In this document: positions 37,859-49,419 of the stretch, piece by piece
Layout: each line of letters begins with the position of its first letter
Position numbering within the stretch: position 1 is the stretch's first letter
Source: Bispira polyomma
Taxonomy: Eukaryota
NCBI GenBank assembly: GCA_965649765.1
Contig: OZ287755.1
Span: forward strand, 40,486,001 to 40,550,000
Reading direction: 5' to 3'
Length of the DNA stretch: 64,000 nt
Program-made: the position numbers and the translations under genes
Notes under the pieces: model-generated
The model's database searches: none
What the model was told of the DNA's origin: nothing
The model's input: only the letters and a program-made list of their open reading frames with translations

Positions 37859-40468
37859 TTAAACATTTAAATTCAAGTTAAAGTAGTGAATAGGAATACT
37901 ATGCCATTTATATCCTGTTTGTAACATGTCGACCTGGTGACCAGTTGGTGGGTGATCTGAGTATAACCTTGATAAAATGTCTGCTATAGTATTGTCCTTC
38001 CCCCTAACATGCTGAATGACCAAAGTAATGTCATAAGCTGCAGTAAGCAGCCACATATTCCTTAAACATAAAGCTAAAAATTGGTCCTTAGTCTTATCAG
38101 ACCTAACTACCAGTACCACAGCCATGTTGTCACAGTTAATAATTATTCTCTTATGTTTCCACTGTATCCCCCACACACGCAAGGCAATTAATATATTAAG
38201 CATTTCAATGTGCACTATAGACAGCCGCTGATTATAGATGTTATAAAATGGAGAAGCAAAAACTTGGTCAGTATAAAGCCCCCCTAAACCAGTTAAACAC
38301 GCATCAATGAATACTTCATTCTGGTGAGGAGGAATTATTGGATCGATATAAGTTATGCCATTATACAAGGGAAGAAACCGTATAAACCAGAGCAAATCTG
38401 CTTTTATATCATTAGTAATATGAAATCGCTTGGCATGAGCATTCTTCCTGAAAGCCATTAACAATCGATTTATAAAAATCCTAGCCGGCTTAACACACTT
38501 ATGAACATATAGAAGCCTGCCTAAAACAGATTGGAAATTTCTTCTAGACATCCACTTCTTATTAAAAGCTTGTTGGCAACATTCGTAAGTTTGTTCCAAT
38601 TTTTCCTTGGAAATACTAATAACGCCCTCCTCTATGTCAATATCTATCCCCAGGCAAGTTAGACTTGTACTAGGACGTGAGATCTTGTCCGGATTCAGGG
38701 GAAGACCCAAGGACGTTACTAACTCATAAAGATCGTTAAAAGCGCCTTCTGCCTCATGAGCAGGTGATATTCCGATGTAGTCATCAATGTAGCAAAATAT
38801 AGTATGTTTACGTTTGCGCATAGTGTAAGCTATGACGTCAGAGCATCTCTGAAAAGATCTGGATCCGTGTATCCATCCGAACGCCATAGCCGGATCAATG
38901 TACTTACATTCATTAAAACAGATACCTAGCTTCATGGCATCGACCAGATCTATTCTTAAATTCCTAAATGCCCTCGAAATATCCAATTTGAATATCCTAG
39001 GATTATCGGTATCCCTGATTTTTGCTACAATGTCATCTATGGTAGGGAACTTTAAAGCGAATTCGACTCCATCGAAGCGTTGCTTATCTACATTACTGTT
39101 AACTGAACTGCCTTCCGGATAAGAGAGGTTAAGGATCACTCTATGTTTATTTCCGTCTTTAGGACGAGTGAGTAAGGGGGAACAGTGAAACAACTCGCTA
39201 TCTACTTTCTTAACTGGACCTAACATGGCACCATGAACTTGTTCCTTATTGATATATTGACTAACTGCCTCTGCATGTTGCAGGGCAGAACTATGATTAG
39301 AAACTTCCTTAACTGTTAAATTTTCAGAATGCTCAAGAGAAAGTGGAAACCCAAAAGTTAAATATTGGAGTAACAACTTATCCGGATAATCAATCAAAAC
39401 CTTCTCCCAAGCCTGGATTTGTAATTCAGAAGCTATTGGTATTCTGGCACCCTTATAATTGGCACAACCAGAATCCTTGATTGTGTGAGCTATATCCACC
39501 ATTTGTTGCACTGTAGCAATTTTAATTGGAGCCCTATCTGGGCCACAGAATTCAAATTCTGTATGACTTAAAGCAATGAAACCCTTATCCTTATCTGGAA
39601 AGTTAAAATCCTTAATTGCCTTATTCTGACTATCTATCTCGGAACCATGATCCTTAAATTCATACACTGTGATATTTGCTTGTCCTCCATCCAGTGACTT
39701 GTCCTTGCAATGAAGTTTTGTCTTCCCTTCATGCATGTCCAAGTTTGTACAATTATGAAATGGCTGTGTGACTATATCATCAGCTTCAATCAACTTATGG
39801 ATTAAGTTAGTTATATATGTAGTATAATTAACATTATGCCGATGCTGACATTCAATGTCTTTCTTATAATGATAGGAGGTATTTCTAGCCACCATGTGAT
39901 CAGTATCCGTAGGAATGTATACATTATGAACATCCATAATGTCCTCATGACTTTCCATGATGGTTACCTGTGTATAGAATTTTTCTAAAATATAAATAGG
40001 ACCTATTGGAGTGCCAAGACATTTTTCCAATGCACTCCCTTTTGTGTGATCCCCATCCCTCCAGGTATAAAACCCATTAATTTCTGAGTGAACAGAGTTC
40101 ACGAAAACCACGGGGAACAATGGTCCCCCAATCTCGGTGCAAAATTCCCAATTTGTTTTCGAAATCTCCACATATGCTTGTGTGGAATGTAACACATTCT
40201 GACCACTACGTTCCCTGTCCTGTGGACATTGAACACCAATATCAGAAACATCTATTACAGTATCTGTGGTACCCAAATGGAACTTGTCTTGACCTGTTAT
40301 ACTTGCCAATTTTTTATTTCTATTGGTTGTATCCCCAGAATCACCATAAGGTGTGTGTACATGTGTACGATTTTCGTGTATAATCTTTGTTTGCTCATTA
40401 TGTTCCATTTGGTTACCCTCAAACTGTGTAGTAATGCCGGTATCATTAATATCAACCATATTATACAT
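37859..40468 (-). CDS. Reverse transcriptase-RNase H (ORF2) of E3, 869 aa, with ~300-aa N-terminal extension
   Basis: KLDISRAFR, MAFG, YIDD, CLGIDID; RNase H FIDACLTGLGG, INCDNMAVV, HVRGKDNTIADILSR. Confidence 0.95.
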   Translation of the reverse strand: MYNMVDINDTGITTQFEGNQMEHNEQTKIIHENRTHVHTPYGDSGDTTNRNKKLASITGQDKFHLGTTDTVIDVSDIGVQCPQDRERSGQNVLHSTQAYVEISKTNWEFCTEIGGPLFPVVFVNSVHSEINGFYTWRDGDHTKGSALEKCLGTPIGPIYILEKFYTQVTIMESHEDIMDVHNVYIPTDTDHMVARNTSYHYKKDIECQHRHNVNYTTYITNLIHKLIEADDIVTQPFHNCTNLDMHEGKTKLHCKDKSLDGGQANITVYEFKDHGSEIDSQNKAIKDFNFPDKDKGFIALSHTEFEFCGPDRAPIKIATVQQMVDIAHTIKDSGCANYKGARIPIASELQIQAWEKVLIDYPDKLLLQYLTFGFPLSLEHSENLTVKEVSNHSSALQHAEAVSQYINKEQVHGAMLGPVKKVDSELFHCSPLLTRPKDGNKHRVILNLSYPEGSSVNSNVDKQRFDGVEFALKFPTIDDIVAKIRDTDNPRIFKLDISRAFRNLRIDLVDAMKLGICFNECKYIDPAMAFGWIHGSRSFQRCSDVIAYTMRKRKHTIFCYIDDYIGISPAHEAEGAFNDLYELVTSLGLPLNPDKISRPSTSLTCLGIDIDIEEGVISISKEKLEQTYECCQQAFNKKWMSRRNFQSVLGRLLYVHKCVKPARIFINRLLMAFRKNAHAKRFHITNDIKADLLWFIRFLPLYNGITYIDPIIPPHQNEVFIDACLTGLGGLYTDQVFASPFYNIYNQRLSIVHIEMLNILIALRVWGIQWKHKRIIINCDNMAVVLVVRSDKTKDQFLALCLRNMWLLTAAYDITLVIQHVRGKDNTIADILSRLYSDHPPTGHQVDMLQTGYKWHSIPIHYFNLNLNV

Positions 40469-40639
40469 GCATTATTTATCATTATGAATAATTTGCAAAT
40501 GGCTAAGCAAAATGTCTTCATCGTCATAGTTTACAATGCCATTATCTTTTAAATCTATTGACTTAGATACGTTAGTTTTTACAGTTCTGTCCCTACAACT
40601 CACTGCTAATGTTCCTTTCACTGGTAGTCGGTCAATGTC

Positions 40640-41953
40640 CTAACTATGCTTATTTTCTAACTGTTTTGTGGCATTGGCCTTGTAGCACTTAAACTCAGGA
40701 TGAGGCGAATCTTTATTCAAAATGGTAGCACAATGCCAACAGGCATGCTTGTAATTTCCATGATCATTCTTCTGTGAACATTTCCCTGAATTAAACAACT
40801 TGCAAATCGTGGATCTCCCCGTATATGCACCAGCCGAACCTGTGCTGTGAGATGAATTAGCCATCACTGTCTGGGACGCGCTAATTCGGTTGAGCGACCA
40901 CTGAGTAGTGTTGCCCCAGGTCAGGCGACCTTCCTCGACCTCCTGCATGCTTGTCGCCCAAGCCGTGCGGACGACCTCCCAGGGGAGCGACGAAGCATCC
41001 TTCAGCGAGAGTATCACTTGCTGGATCATATCCCGTAACAACTGGTTGTCACTTATCAGTAAAGCATTACACAACTGCCCTGCAGCCCAATGTGGAAGGG
41101 AAAGCTCATCAAACGTTGGACGCTTACGTGAAGACCCCCCACTCTAACCTTCGTTAGCCCATTTCATGCGCGGATCTGTGGCCGCTGTGTCGGTATTGTT
41201 ATAACGTCCCGACTTCTGGCGCGAATTAACCTTACCTTGGTTAAAGATAGCTTGTGCCCTGACTTCATACTCAGCCAGCCGCTGATTCACTAAGGCTTGC
41301 ACCTCGGGCATCGACCTCAAGACGTCCGTCCTAGGAACAATTCCGTCACGTGTGTATTCAGCTGAGGTTGAAGCTGTAGTAGTGGGCCCGACCAAATGTC
41401 CATAACCGCTGGTAGGCTGAACATAAACTGGTGGAAGCGCTGTGCTGGATACGGACGCAGGCTGCACGACTGAAGCAGTCGAGGCGGTTATATTTCCATA
41501 ACCGTTGGTAGGCTGCACCACTGGTGAAGGTACGTAAGCCGGTTGAAACGCTGTAGTGGACACGGCAGTTGTCTGTACCGGTGTAAGCCCCCTAGCTTCT
41601 ATCTGGTCCAACCGACGGGCTATGTCAGCGTTGGATTGCTCCATTCGATTCAGCATTGTCAATATTGCAACGTTATCACTGGTAGTATTAAGCGAAGTAG
41701 CGGGTTGCAGCATCTGTGGCACCGGGTGTTGTAAATCCACCGAGGTGGCCATCGGGAAGGTGGAACCTCCCGCTTGAGGTGAATTTTGATGAGAGCAGAG
41801 AGCTTGCTCGGACGGAACCCGTAGGTCTCCTATTATACTTTCATTCATGTCAGTACTATAAGCTACATTACCCTTTGTACCCTTCACAGTAGACTTCTTC
41901 TGTCGTCTCGACTTGGGTGCTGCTTTCGCCGGTGTTTTCTTAGCTCGTCCCAT
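40640..41953 (-). pseudogene. Gag-like ORF1 of E3 interrupted by a single in-frame TAG (41144-41146)
   Basis: The two ORF-track pieces are in the same frame; E2 has TGG (W) at the aligned codon (SNEGWGGG); C-terminal CKLFNSGKC...HACWHC...HPEFKC zinc finger. Confidence 0.88.
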
Positions 41954-42919
41954 GTGTACACGGTATATAATTCACAGTTAAAACAATATGTATATGATTA
42001 AAACCATTCCAAGGTAAAAAACTAAAATACTAAAAGACTGTAAAGTTCAGACACTTTATCATTAAGTGTCCCACAAAAATATTTCTAATGTTGTCTCTTG
42101 TAAAACGAAATTCAATATGGTAGGGTAAGCATGTGAGAGGAAAAATTTGGGGTTCAAATGTCTCCCATTGGTCAATCGAAAGAGAGGCCATTGAACAGTA
42201 TTCAAATGGACCCCTAGGGGTTAAGGTAAAGGTATATATTTGCTAAGGGAACTGAATAAGCATACCCCTTTAGGGTCGTGCTGTGTACTTGCACATAATA
42301 TGTACACAAATTACTGTCTTATCTCAAAATGTTTTAAACCAATCCAACCCAAAATTATATTCAACAGGCAGCACTTTTTTATATCATTAAATTATAAGAG
42401 TTGTTGCTAATCTCAAAGAACAATAATTGAAACAGTAAAAAATAATGTGTTTCAAAAGTTGTGGTCAAAATATGAGTGAAGATGATTGGGTAATTACCAA
42501 TGATTGATTGGCCAGTGACCTACTTTTGTGTGTGTGATACCAAGTTTCTGAGTTATAGGCTTTCTATGGCCTGTTTTCAGTTTTGTCTGTGCTTCAGTTG
42601 GCCACAACCAATGTAAGCTAATGCAGGGATTTTATCCAAAACAATTACAATAAAATTAAGCAAAACACTGTGACACCTTTTTAACTTTTTTTTTATTAAT
42701 CTTACTAAGCACATTAAAGTTTTACAAACAAAAGTTGAACTACTACTTATGTACAAAATAAAGTAAAAATACACCAACAAGAGAAAACATTTAATTAATA
42801 CAAACATGCCTAATTATACACTTTATTTCTGACACAGAGAAATTACTATAATTTACATCGTGAATACGTAACAAATTCGTAATCTTGTTTGCATTTACAA
42901 AGTCATTATCAACATAAAG

Positions 42920-43115
42920 CTAGGGGCAGTGGTTGCCTAGTAGTTATAAGTGTCTTGTACTCTAGGATCAAATCCCAAAGATTCCTTCTTTATGTGGGAA
43001 TGTTTACGTCGGCAGTTTACAGTCCTCCAACACTGGTTTCCTGCACCATTAAAACTGGCCATCGCAATATGACAAAAGCTATTGAAATCAACATGAAATC
43101 CAAATAAATAAAGTT
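42920..43115 (+). mobile_element. SINE family B copy
   Basis: ggggcagtggttgcctagtag head; cactggtttcctgcaccattaaaactggccatcgcaatatgac core; aaataaataaa tail. It is absent from the paralogous segment at ~53670. Confidence 0.7.
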
Positions 43116-44271
43116 TGCCTGTATTAACACCAAGTATTTCCTAAAGTTAGGAGGGGACATATAAAAGTCCTTTTTTGGGGGATGTTTAAAGAGTAAGAAA
43201 TTAACATTAAAATAGATCAATATAATGGGCTATTCCTGCACATCTTTTACATTCATAGAGGAGTGCAAGACACCAGAATATAAAAAAAAACATTCCACAG
43301 GGAAAACTACCTGCAATGGAAGATTATGTATTTGTTCTAACAGAATGTAATTGATGAAATTATTTTCAGGCTTTTTGGTAAAACCCCCCAATTAATGCAA
43401 AAAAGGTGTATCTGCAACTGAATTATTATTTCTTGATTTCAGTCGATTTGTGCAATAATAAAATATATATTACAACCGAATCTATTAACATGTGTTCAGC
43501 TTTTTATCAGGACTTTCAAATAAACCACTAATAATAGACATCATATCGCAATTTGATATATTTATTGCACCAGCTATGATTTTAAAAAATGTTGTCATAA
43601 AAGCAAAAGGTGGACAAATGCTGACACTCTTCACGTGACTAGCCATGTTCACCAGACTAACCATGTTCACCATGGTGTATACTATTAGCCTTCTGTTATG
43701 AAGACTTTTAAGAAATCAGAATTATTGAAATGGTGGGTGGGTACCTTTTTCCCTACATTCCCCTTTGCAACAGATGTAACTTGGTACAAAAGTTCACCAA
43801 ACCAATCTGTCATCATTCGTGTATATTTATTGCACACAAGCAGGTCCTCTCTCAAACAGCAATTTGTTTACATTTCAGAAACCCTTCTGGCACACAATGT
43901 ACAGTCAAGCTTGAAAAGAAGACCACATTCAACATTCAGTGACGTGCATAAGGAGTCAAATAATTGACATTATATTAGGCTCCAAATACAATCCAATTGA
44001 CTACACATGTACATGCTTTGAATTGTTTCATTTCTATTTGATTGTCGAGGACTGATTTGCATAGACTATGCTTTTTTGTCTCATTATACATTGATTATAA
44101 CTCAAAAGTAGCCATCAATATAAGCTCAGTTGTGGAGGTAACAGAATCCTTACAACTTATGAATGATCGCCATATATATGTTTTCTCTGTGTTACTGAAA
44201 GTAAATAATGTTTTAAACAAATATATTCTGTTACCAAAAGTAAGTAATGCTATGTAACACTATATATAACC

Positions 44272-45288
44272 TTAATGTATGTTTCCACTGTCTGACGTGA
44301 TGATATCTTTATTGTATCTAATCTCTACCCTATCTCTCTGAACCTTGTTTTGCAGTGATTTTCTATAATAGCAACAGCAGCAGAATGACTTTCTCCAAAC
44401 TTTTTGAATTTGTATCAACCGTAAAGCATAAATCAGTGGGTCACAAATGCTGTTTAAGTACACAATACATGGTATCACCTGTTTCAGCCAATAGTTCAGA
44501 TTGTAATATTCCTCATAAGAGTTTGGCCTGTACAGTTGAAAGCATATCTCAACAACTACTGGTGGAAACCAGCACAACATAAAAGAAACCAGATTAAATA
44601 TTGTTGTAAACAGTGCTCTGTTGTTGGTCCTGGATTGCTGGTTTTGTGAGTGATCAAGTCTTTGTTGTTTACGCACCTCACAATAAATAAAAGAATAGAT
44701 TGTGATCATCAACAGACAGCAGATTAAAACAAATGGGACACGAAATGTATCTTTCATATCAATGTCAATCTTGATTTCTGTTGCATTTATCTTGTATCCA
44801 TAGTAGGACATCCACTCATCTGTCACCATAACTGATGAATGTGGTATATTACGACCTATAAACACGAATATACCAGGCAATGTCCATATAATTAATAATC
44901 TGCAAACAATGTATCGACAGCGGGTCCAGTTCTCATAGTATAATGGCTTCATAATAGCCATGTAGTGTTCTGCAGCCAAGAGAATTAGATTGAAAAGGAT
45001 GACATACAATATATATTCATAGCTCAAATTGTAAAGTCGATGTTGATTATCTAATCTGCCTGTCAACATCTTTTCCATGATACCGAAGCAAAAAAGCAAC
45101 ACAGGACACAATGGCAGCAAACCATCTGCTAATGTAAGGCTGCTTACTAGAGCAAAGTAAGATCTCCGAGGGCTTTTCATTTTGCATAAAACAATCAAAA
45201 GCAGCATATTGAGAATTATCCCTGTAATGATGACCACCATAAAAAGTACAAAAAGAGTATGCAGCAAAATTTGAATTGCAAGTGTCAT
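44272..45288 (-). CDS. Rhodopsin-class orphan GPCR, paralogue 2, 338 aa
   Basis: Same motifs as paralogue 1 (EHY, CWFP, DPLIY). Start placed at the ATG aligned with paralogue 1; the upstream GTG overlaps an acceptor-like ttttacag. Confidence 0.9.
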   Translation of the reverse strand: MTLAIQILLHTLFVLFMVVIITGIILNMLLLIVLCKMKSPRRSYFALVSSLTLADGLLPLCPVLLFCFGIMEKMLTGRLDNQHRLYNLSYEYILYVILFNLILLAAEHYMAIMKPLYYENWTRCRYIVCRLLIIWTLPGIFVFIGRNIPHSSVMVTDEWMSYYGYKINATEIKIDIDMKDTFRVPFVLICCLLMITIYSFIYCEVRKQQRLDHSQNQQSRTNNRALFTTIFNLVSFMLCWFPPVVVEICFQLYRPNSYEEYYNLNYWLKQVIPCIVYLNSICDPLIYALRLIQIQKVWRKSFCCCCYYRKSLQNKVQRDRVEIRYNKDIITSDSGNIH

Positions 45289-47325
45289 ATTTAGTATATG
45301 TGTCCAGTTAAGGCTGTAAAATGTCACTATATCAGCAAGGCATCACCTCTAAGCATGGATATTCCTCTGTTCGTTTATTTACCACTAAAGATACACTACA
45401 ACTATTTGTAAAATGTTTTATCATTGAATACTACTTTAATTAAAAACAAATTACAAAACTAAATCCTGACTTCTTATTTTCGTAGCCTAATGCATTTTGG
45501 TGGTCATCATTGGTTTATGGTTCTGGTAAAGATGGTCTTTTGAATTACAGCAGCAACATATAAGTAGACTAACCTTGATCATAGATTTTAATCTCAAATG
45601 ACAGTAGTTAAGCTATATTTAGAAACCTGTTTATCATTATTGTAATATCGTTTTCGGCAATGCTGGCTTGTAAAAAGTGTGTCACTTACTTTGTGATAAA
45701 TGCTTTAATTGTTTTGATGATTAATTGATATCATTATTCAACGTATGTAAAATTATAGTTATTGTGTGTATTTATCATTTATTGCCAAACTGTGCTCTCC
45801 TATGACAGGCAGTTAGTCTGGTGATCAGAAGGTCACCATTTCAACTGTCAGTGGGGGTTGGTATGGTGATTGAAAAAGGTCTGTGGTACAACTCCTGCTT
45901 ATGTCAGATGATGGGATAACATCCTTGGGCAAGATGTGAACATGCCATTGGCTACTGATGATGACCCAGGCTATGTTTTGGGATGCATGATTTGGCTGTT
46001 GCGCTTTAAAACAGCCTTAAAAATATATAATGCATAAGATTTTTTGCTACAGGCAAACTACACTACATGATTCTGTATACAGAGATGTGGTTCACAAAAT
46101 TTTTCCGCTTTTTTGACAATTTTTTATGTAACTTGTGATAATATGTTGATGGTACATTATCACCAGTTAGACCCATTCTAGCATTAGCTGCCAAATGTTG
46201 TTACAATTATATATTATTCTGTAATCAGTCTGATAACAGAGGGATAATACGGATAACATAATAATATGTTGGCCTGTTACAACAACAATAATCTATTGTC
46301 TGTTGATTAACATAATAATTGTTGTTTCATTAATTTAATTAAAAATGCAACTTTATTGTACCATCTGCGTGAATGAGTTAACAGTGAACAGACAAAAAAA
46401 AAAACAGACAAAAAGACCACAGATTGAAGCTTAATGCATGGTGTTTCATCCACAAGCATCACTTTGCTGAATATTTCCAAAGGGTTAGGGTTCTCTTTTG
46501 ACATTAATATCAATATTCCAAGCAAGTAATTCTGCAGATAAAGACACTGATACTATAAAAGAATCCAGGCCTACTTTTCTACATTAAAACAGTGTATTTC
46601 CCACAAGTTGCCCATGTACTACTCTTCTTTAAAAAACACCCTTTAATTTGATAAGAGAGTACTTAAAACTATAGGCCTCTATCTAACCTGTGTTTCTTTA
46701 ACCTGGAAACATCTTGACAACTCTGAACTCATCAACGAGCATCAATCAGCTTGCAACGACCTTCCAAGCACTTGAAAGCCTATTTACCATTTAGTCTCAT
46801 TATCCAGACTTAAATCTAATCTACTCCTATACTTGTAGGTGCCAAATTTACCAGCAAACTATGCCTGACAGTTACCCATATTGACACAGGTTGAAGCAGA
46901 TGGGTTAGTCTAAATGATAACAATCAGGATTTATCCAAGTAATTTCCTACCCTCCTCCAGAGGTGGTTTTTCACAGATTCACCGAGATTGATCAAGCCTG
47001 TGTTACAGTGTGAACGCTGTTAATCCAGGTTGAACGGGATCACAGTTGGAAATACTGTATAGTTTGACATTTAAGCTACATCTGCTACAGATTCGAATTA
47101 AATGTGTTAAATCAGAAGAAAGGCTTATCTGGCATGGGCCATATTGAATTAGCGGTGGATTACTGTTTGTTTAAAGCTTTTTAAAAATTTGTTTACTCTC
47201 CTATTTTTTCATATAATATTGTGTCTTTTACCTTGTGCATAATTTAATAAATATGCACAATGTTTTATGTTCTGTAATACCATGCTGTAATATCACTTAC
47301 ATACAATATGTACAAAATTACTGTA

Positions 47326-47337
47326 TATATATATATA

Positions 47338-47376
<39 letters not shown>
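47326..47376. repeat. Interrupted (TA)n microsatellite inside a short tandem duplication
   Basis: aatatcac(t/c)tacatacaatatgtacaaaattactgtat flanks the TA run on both sides. Confidence 0.85.
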
Positions 47377-47381
<5 letters not shown>

Positions 47382-47529
47382 CACCTACATACAATATGTA
47401 CAAAATTACTGTATCAAGTAGACTCAACATAAAAACATTGGATTTGAGTGGATGTTAGCCAATAGTAATACAGCCTTCATGTGATGTTAAATCAATCAAC
47501 AAAATATGTTGTTTAAATAGGTTTTCCAG

Positions 47530-48540
47530 TATGGCAAGGACTATCATACAAATGTACTCAACCAGTCTAAGATCCTCGTGCAAGTAGTAATGACTGGTTG
47601 CTTATTATCATATGGTGATCCATACTGGTTGCACGTGAAGACCCCTTCTGGATCACCTATAAATATTTTGCCCAATTCACCAATAGAACAGTATACATCA
47701 AGTTTTGAAGCAGTCAATGTATTAATATATATTTTAAGATTGCATCCTGAATCACTAGGCAGTCCCCACTGAGCTTGATAGAGAATCCCAAGTTGATTTC
47801 CACAATTACCTTAGGATGGAGCCTGCTATTTTCAGAGAGTTGTTGGATAGGATGACCTCTGCTTGACCCCCTGAAGAAGAACATTAATTGGTGGCATGTC
47901 TTGGATTCTGGCATGAAGTTGCAAATCACCTTGAGGTACTTGTTCACTGGTAACAGCTACCAAAGGCTTAGTTATGTATTCAGAGTGCCTCATAACAGCA
48001 TTTCTGTCTTTGGTAGAAAGATTTAGCACACGATGGAACTTTCATCAAGCTGTGGGTGCAATAGACAGAAAAAACATGCAATTAGTACTCCTGAAAATTA
48101 TGGGTCATTGTTTCATAACTACAAGGGTATCTTCACCGACATCCTTCTTGGAGTTGTTGATGTACTGCTTCACATAGGAAGACATCGGTGTCAATGGTTC
48201 CACATAAGACTGTTTAGTGTTCAATGGCTCAGAGCTGAAGAGGGGTGTTGAGGATGGCACACTTTAACTTTCACCTGCCAAGCCACTTCCAGGCAATAAT
48301 CAGGATATTCCATATTTCTTGGTCCATGATGATACCTTCCGGTTTATTCAGTACATGATGAAGCCATTTTGACAATGACAAATGACAGATGAAGAAAGAA
48401 GACTTAACTACAGGTTGCCTCAGGGCCGAAGAATTATGGAGAACTCCTTCAGTATCCTGGCTAATAAGTTGAGTGTCTTGCTGACCACTCATTAAAAAGA
48501 GCCAGAAACAAAATGTGATAGAAACAGTAGTGAGACATGT
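47530..48540 (+). mobile_element. PIF/Harbinger DDE transposase remnant
   Basis: Frame-broken motifs ITLRYLFTGNSY, WNFHQAVGAID, GSLFHNYKG, PYFLV(H)DD, FNYRL.R.R..MENSFSILANK. Confidence 0.8.
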
Positions 48541-48830
48541 TGCTAATGAGTATATCAAATGAAAAAGTGGAGTCCACAATACCAAGGTCCTTGACATTAT
48601 AATACCATTGCCCATTAGTGTATTGGGAATGATGATCTTAAGAAGGATTTAAATTCAATTTGGAGTAATTTGTCCATGTCTGTACGGAGGAGAGTTTTGT
48701 GGGCATTTTGAGGTTTGAGACAAAAATAGATTTGAGTACCATCAGCCTACATTTAGTATTTAATGTTGCAACTATTGATGACTGGGCTGAGATGTGTGTA
48801 GATTGTAAAACGTAGTTTTTCAGCCAGTCA
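48540..48830 (-). mobile_element. L2/CR1 RT fragment, paralogous to 60240-60510
   Basis: Near-matching sequence at 60250-60510; degenerate YADD region. Confidence 0.7.
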
Positions 48831-49419
48831 AGAACAAGCTGATGTACTGTTGCCACCCACAAATGGGAGGGTCTGAGACAGTCTTGGTGAGACAGTAATG
48901 GTGATGCGTCTAGTACCATGACCTCAAAATTGGGTTGGACAGTCAAAATTGTGGTGCATAGTTGAAAACAAGACTTTCTTATGGTGGCCTTTCTACGGCC
49001 CAATGGTTTTACCAGCATAACTATGGACCATTGAAGGAATTGACAGGGAATTGCGTATTAAGCTAAAAAAGAGTAGAGACATGATTTTTGCAGTATGTTG
49101 TATATGTAAATGTAAAAATTAATCAAGGAAATGACAGCAAGTTATGCATATAATCTAATCGGTTTATATTTTTGTTAAAAAAATTATGTTCATAATCGGG
49201 TTTTTTGTTGCTGCTTTGTTTTAAGGGGGGAGGGGGGGATGATTTGCATCTTATGTATGTATATACCACACTTGCATGTATATATTCTGTTTTCAAGAAA
49301 CAAAAAAAAAAAAAAAAAAAAAAAAAAACAATAAAAAAGGGGCATAATTATGGAAAAAAATAACACTGGAATTAAAGACTTAATGCACAACTATCTCTCT
49401 GAACTGATCATAGACCTAA

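Larger units (their letters stand above)
35583..42288 (-). mobile_element. Nearly intact Ngaro-type YR retrotransposon (E3) with split direct repeats
   Basis: A1 42076-42288 = A2 36450-36662 (213 bp); B1 36661-36868 vs B2 35583-35790 (208 bp, one mismatch seen). Gag, RT-RNaseH and YR ORFs in order; no methyltransferase domain recognised. Confidence 0.96.

Noticed and set aside
31701-41146. Programmed stop-codon readthrough in ORF1 (TAG in both E2 and E3)
   Set aside because: The stops are at different aligned codons (Q vs W), and each element has a sense codon where the other has the stop, so these are independent nonsense mutations.
45289-45327. GTG-initiated N-terminal extension of GPCR2 (and GPCR3 at 56625-56663)
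   Set aside because: Paralogue 1 has an in-frame TAG there and the segment contains an acceptor-like ttttacag; more likely intron or 5' UTR.
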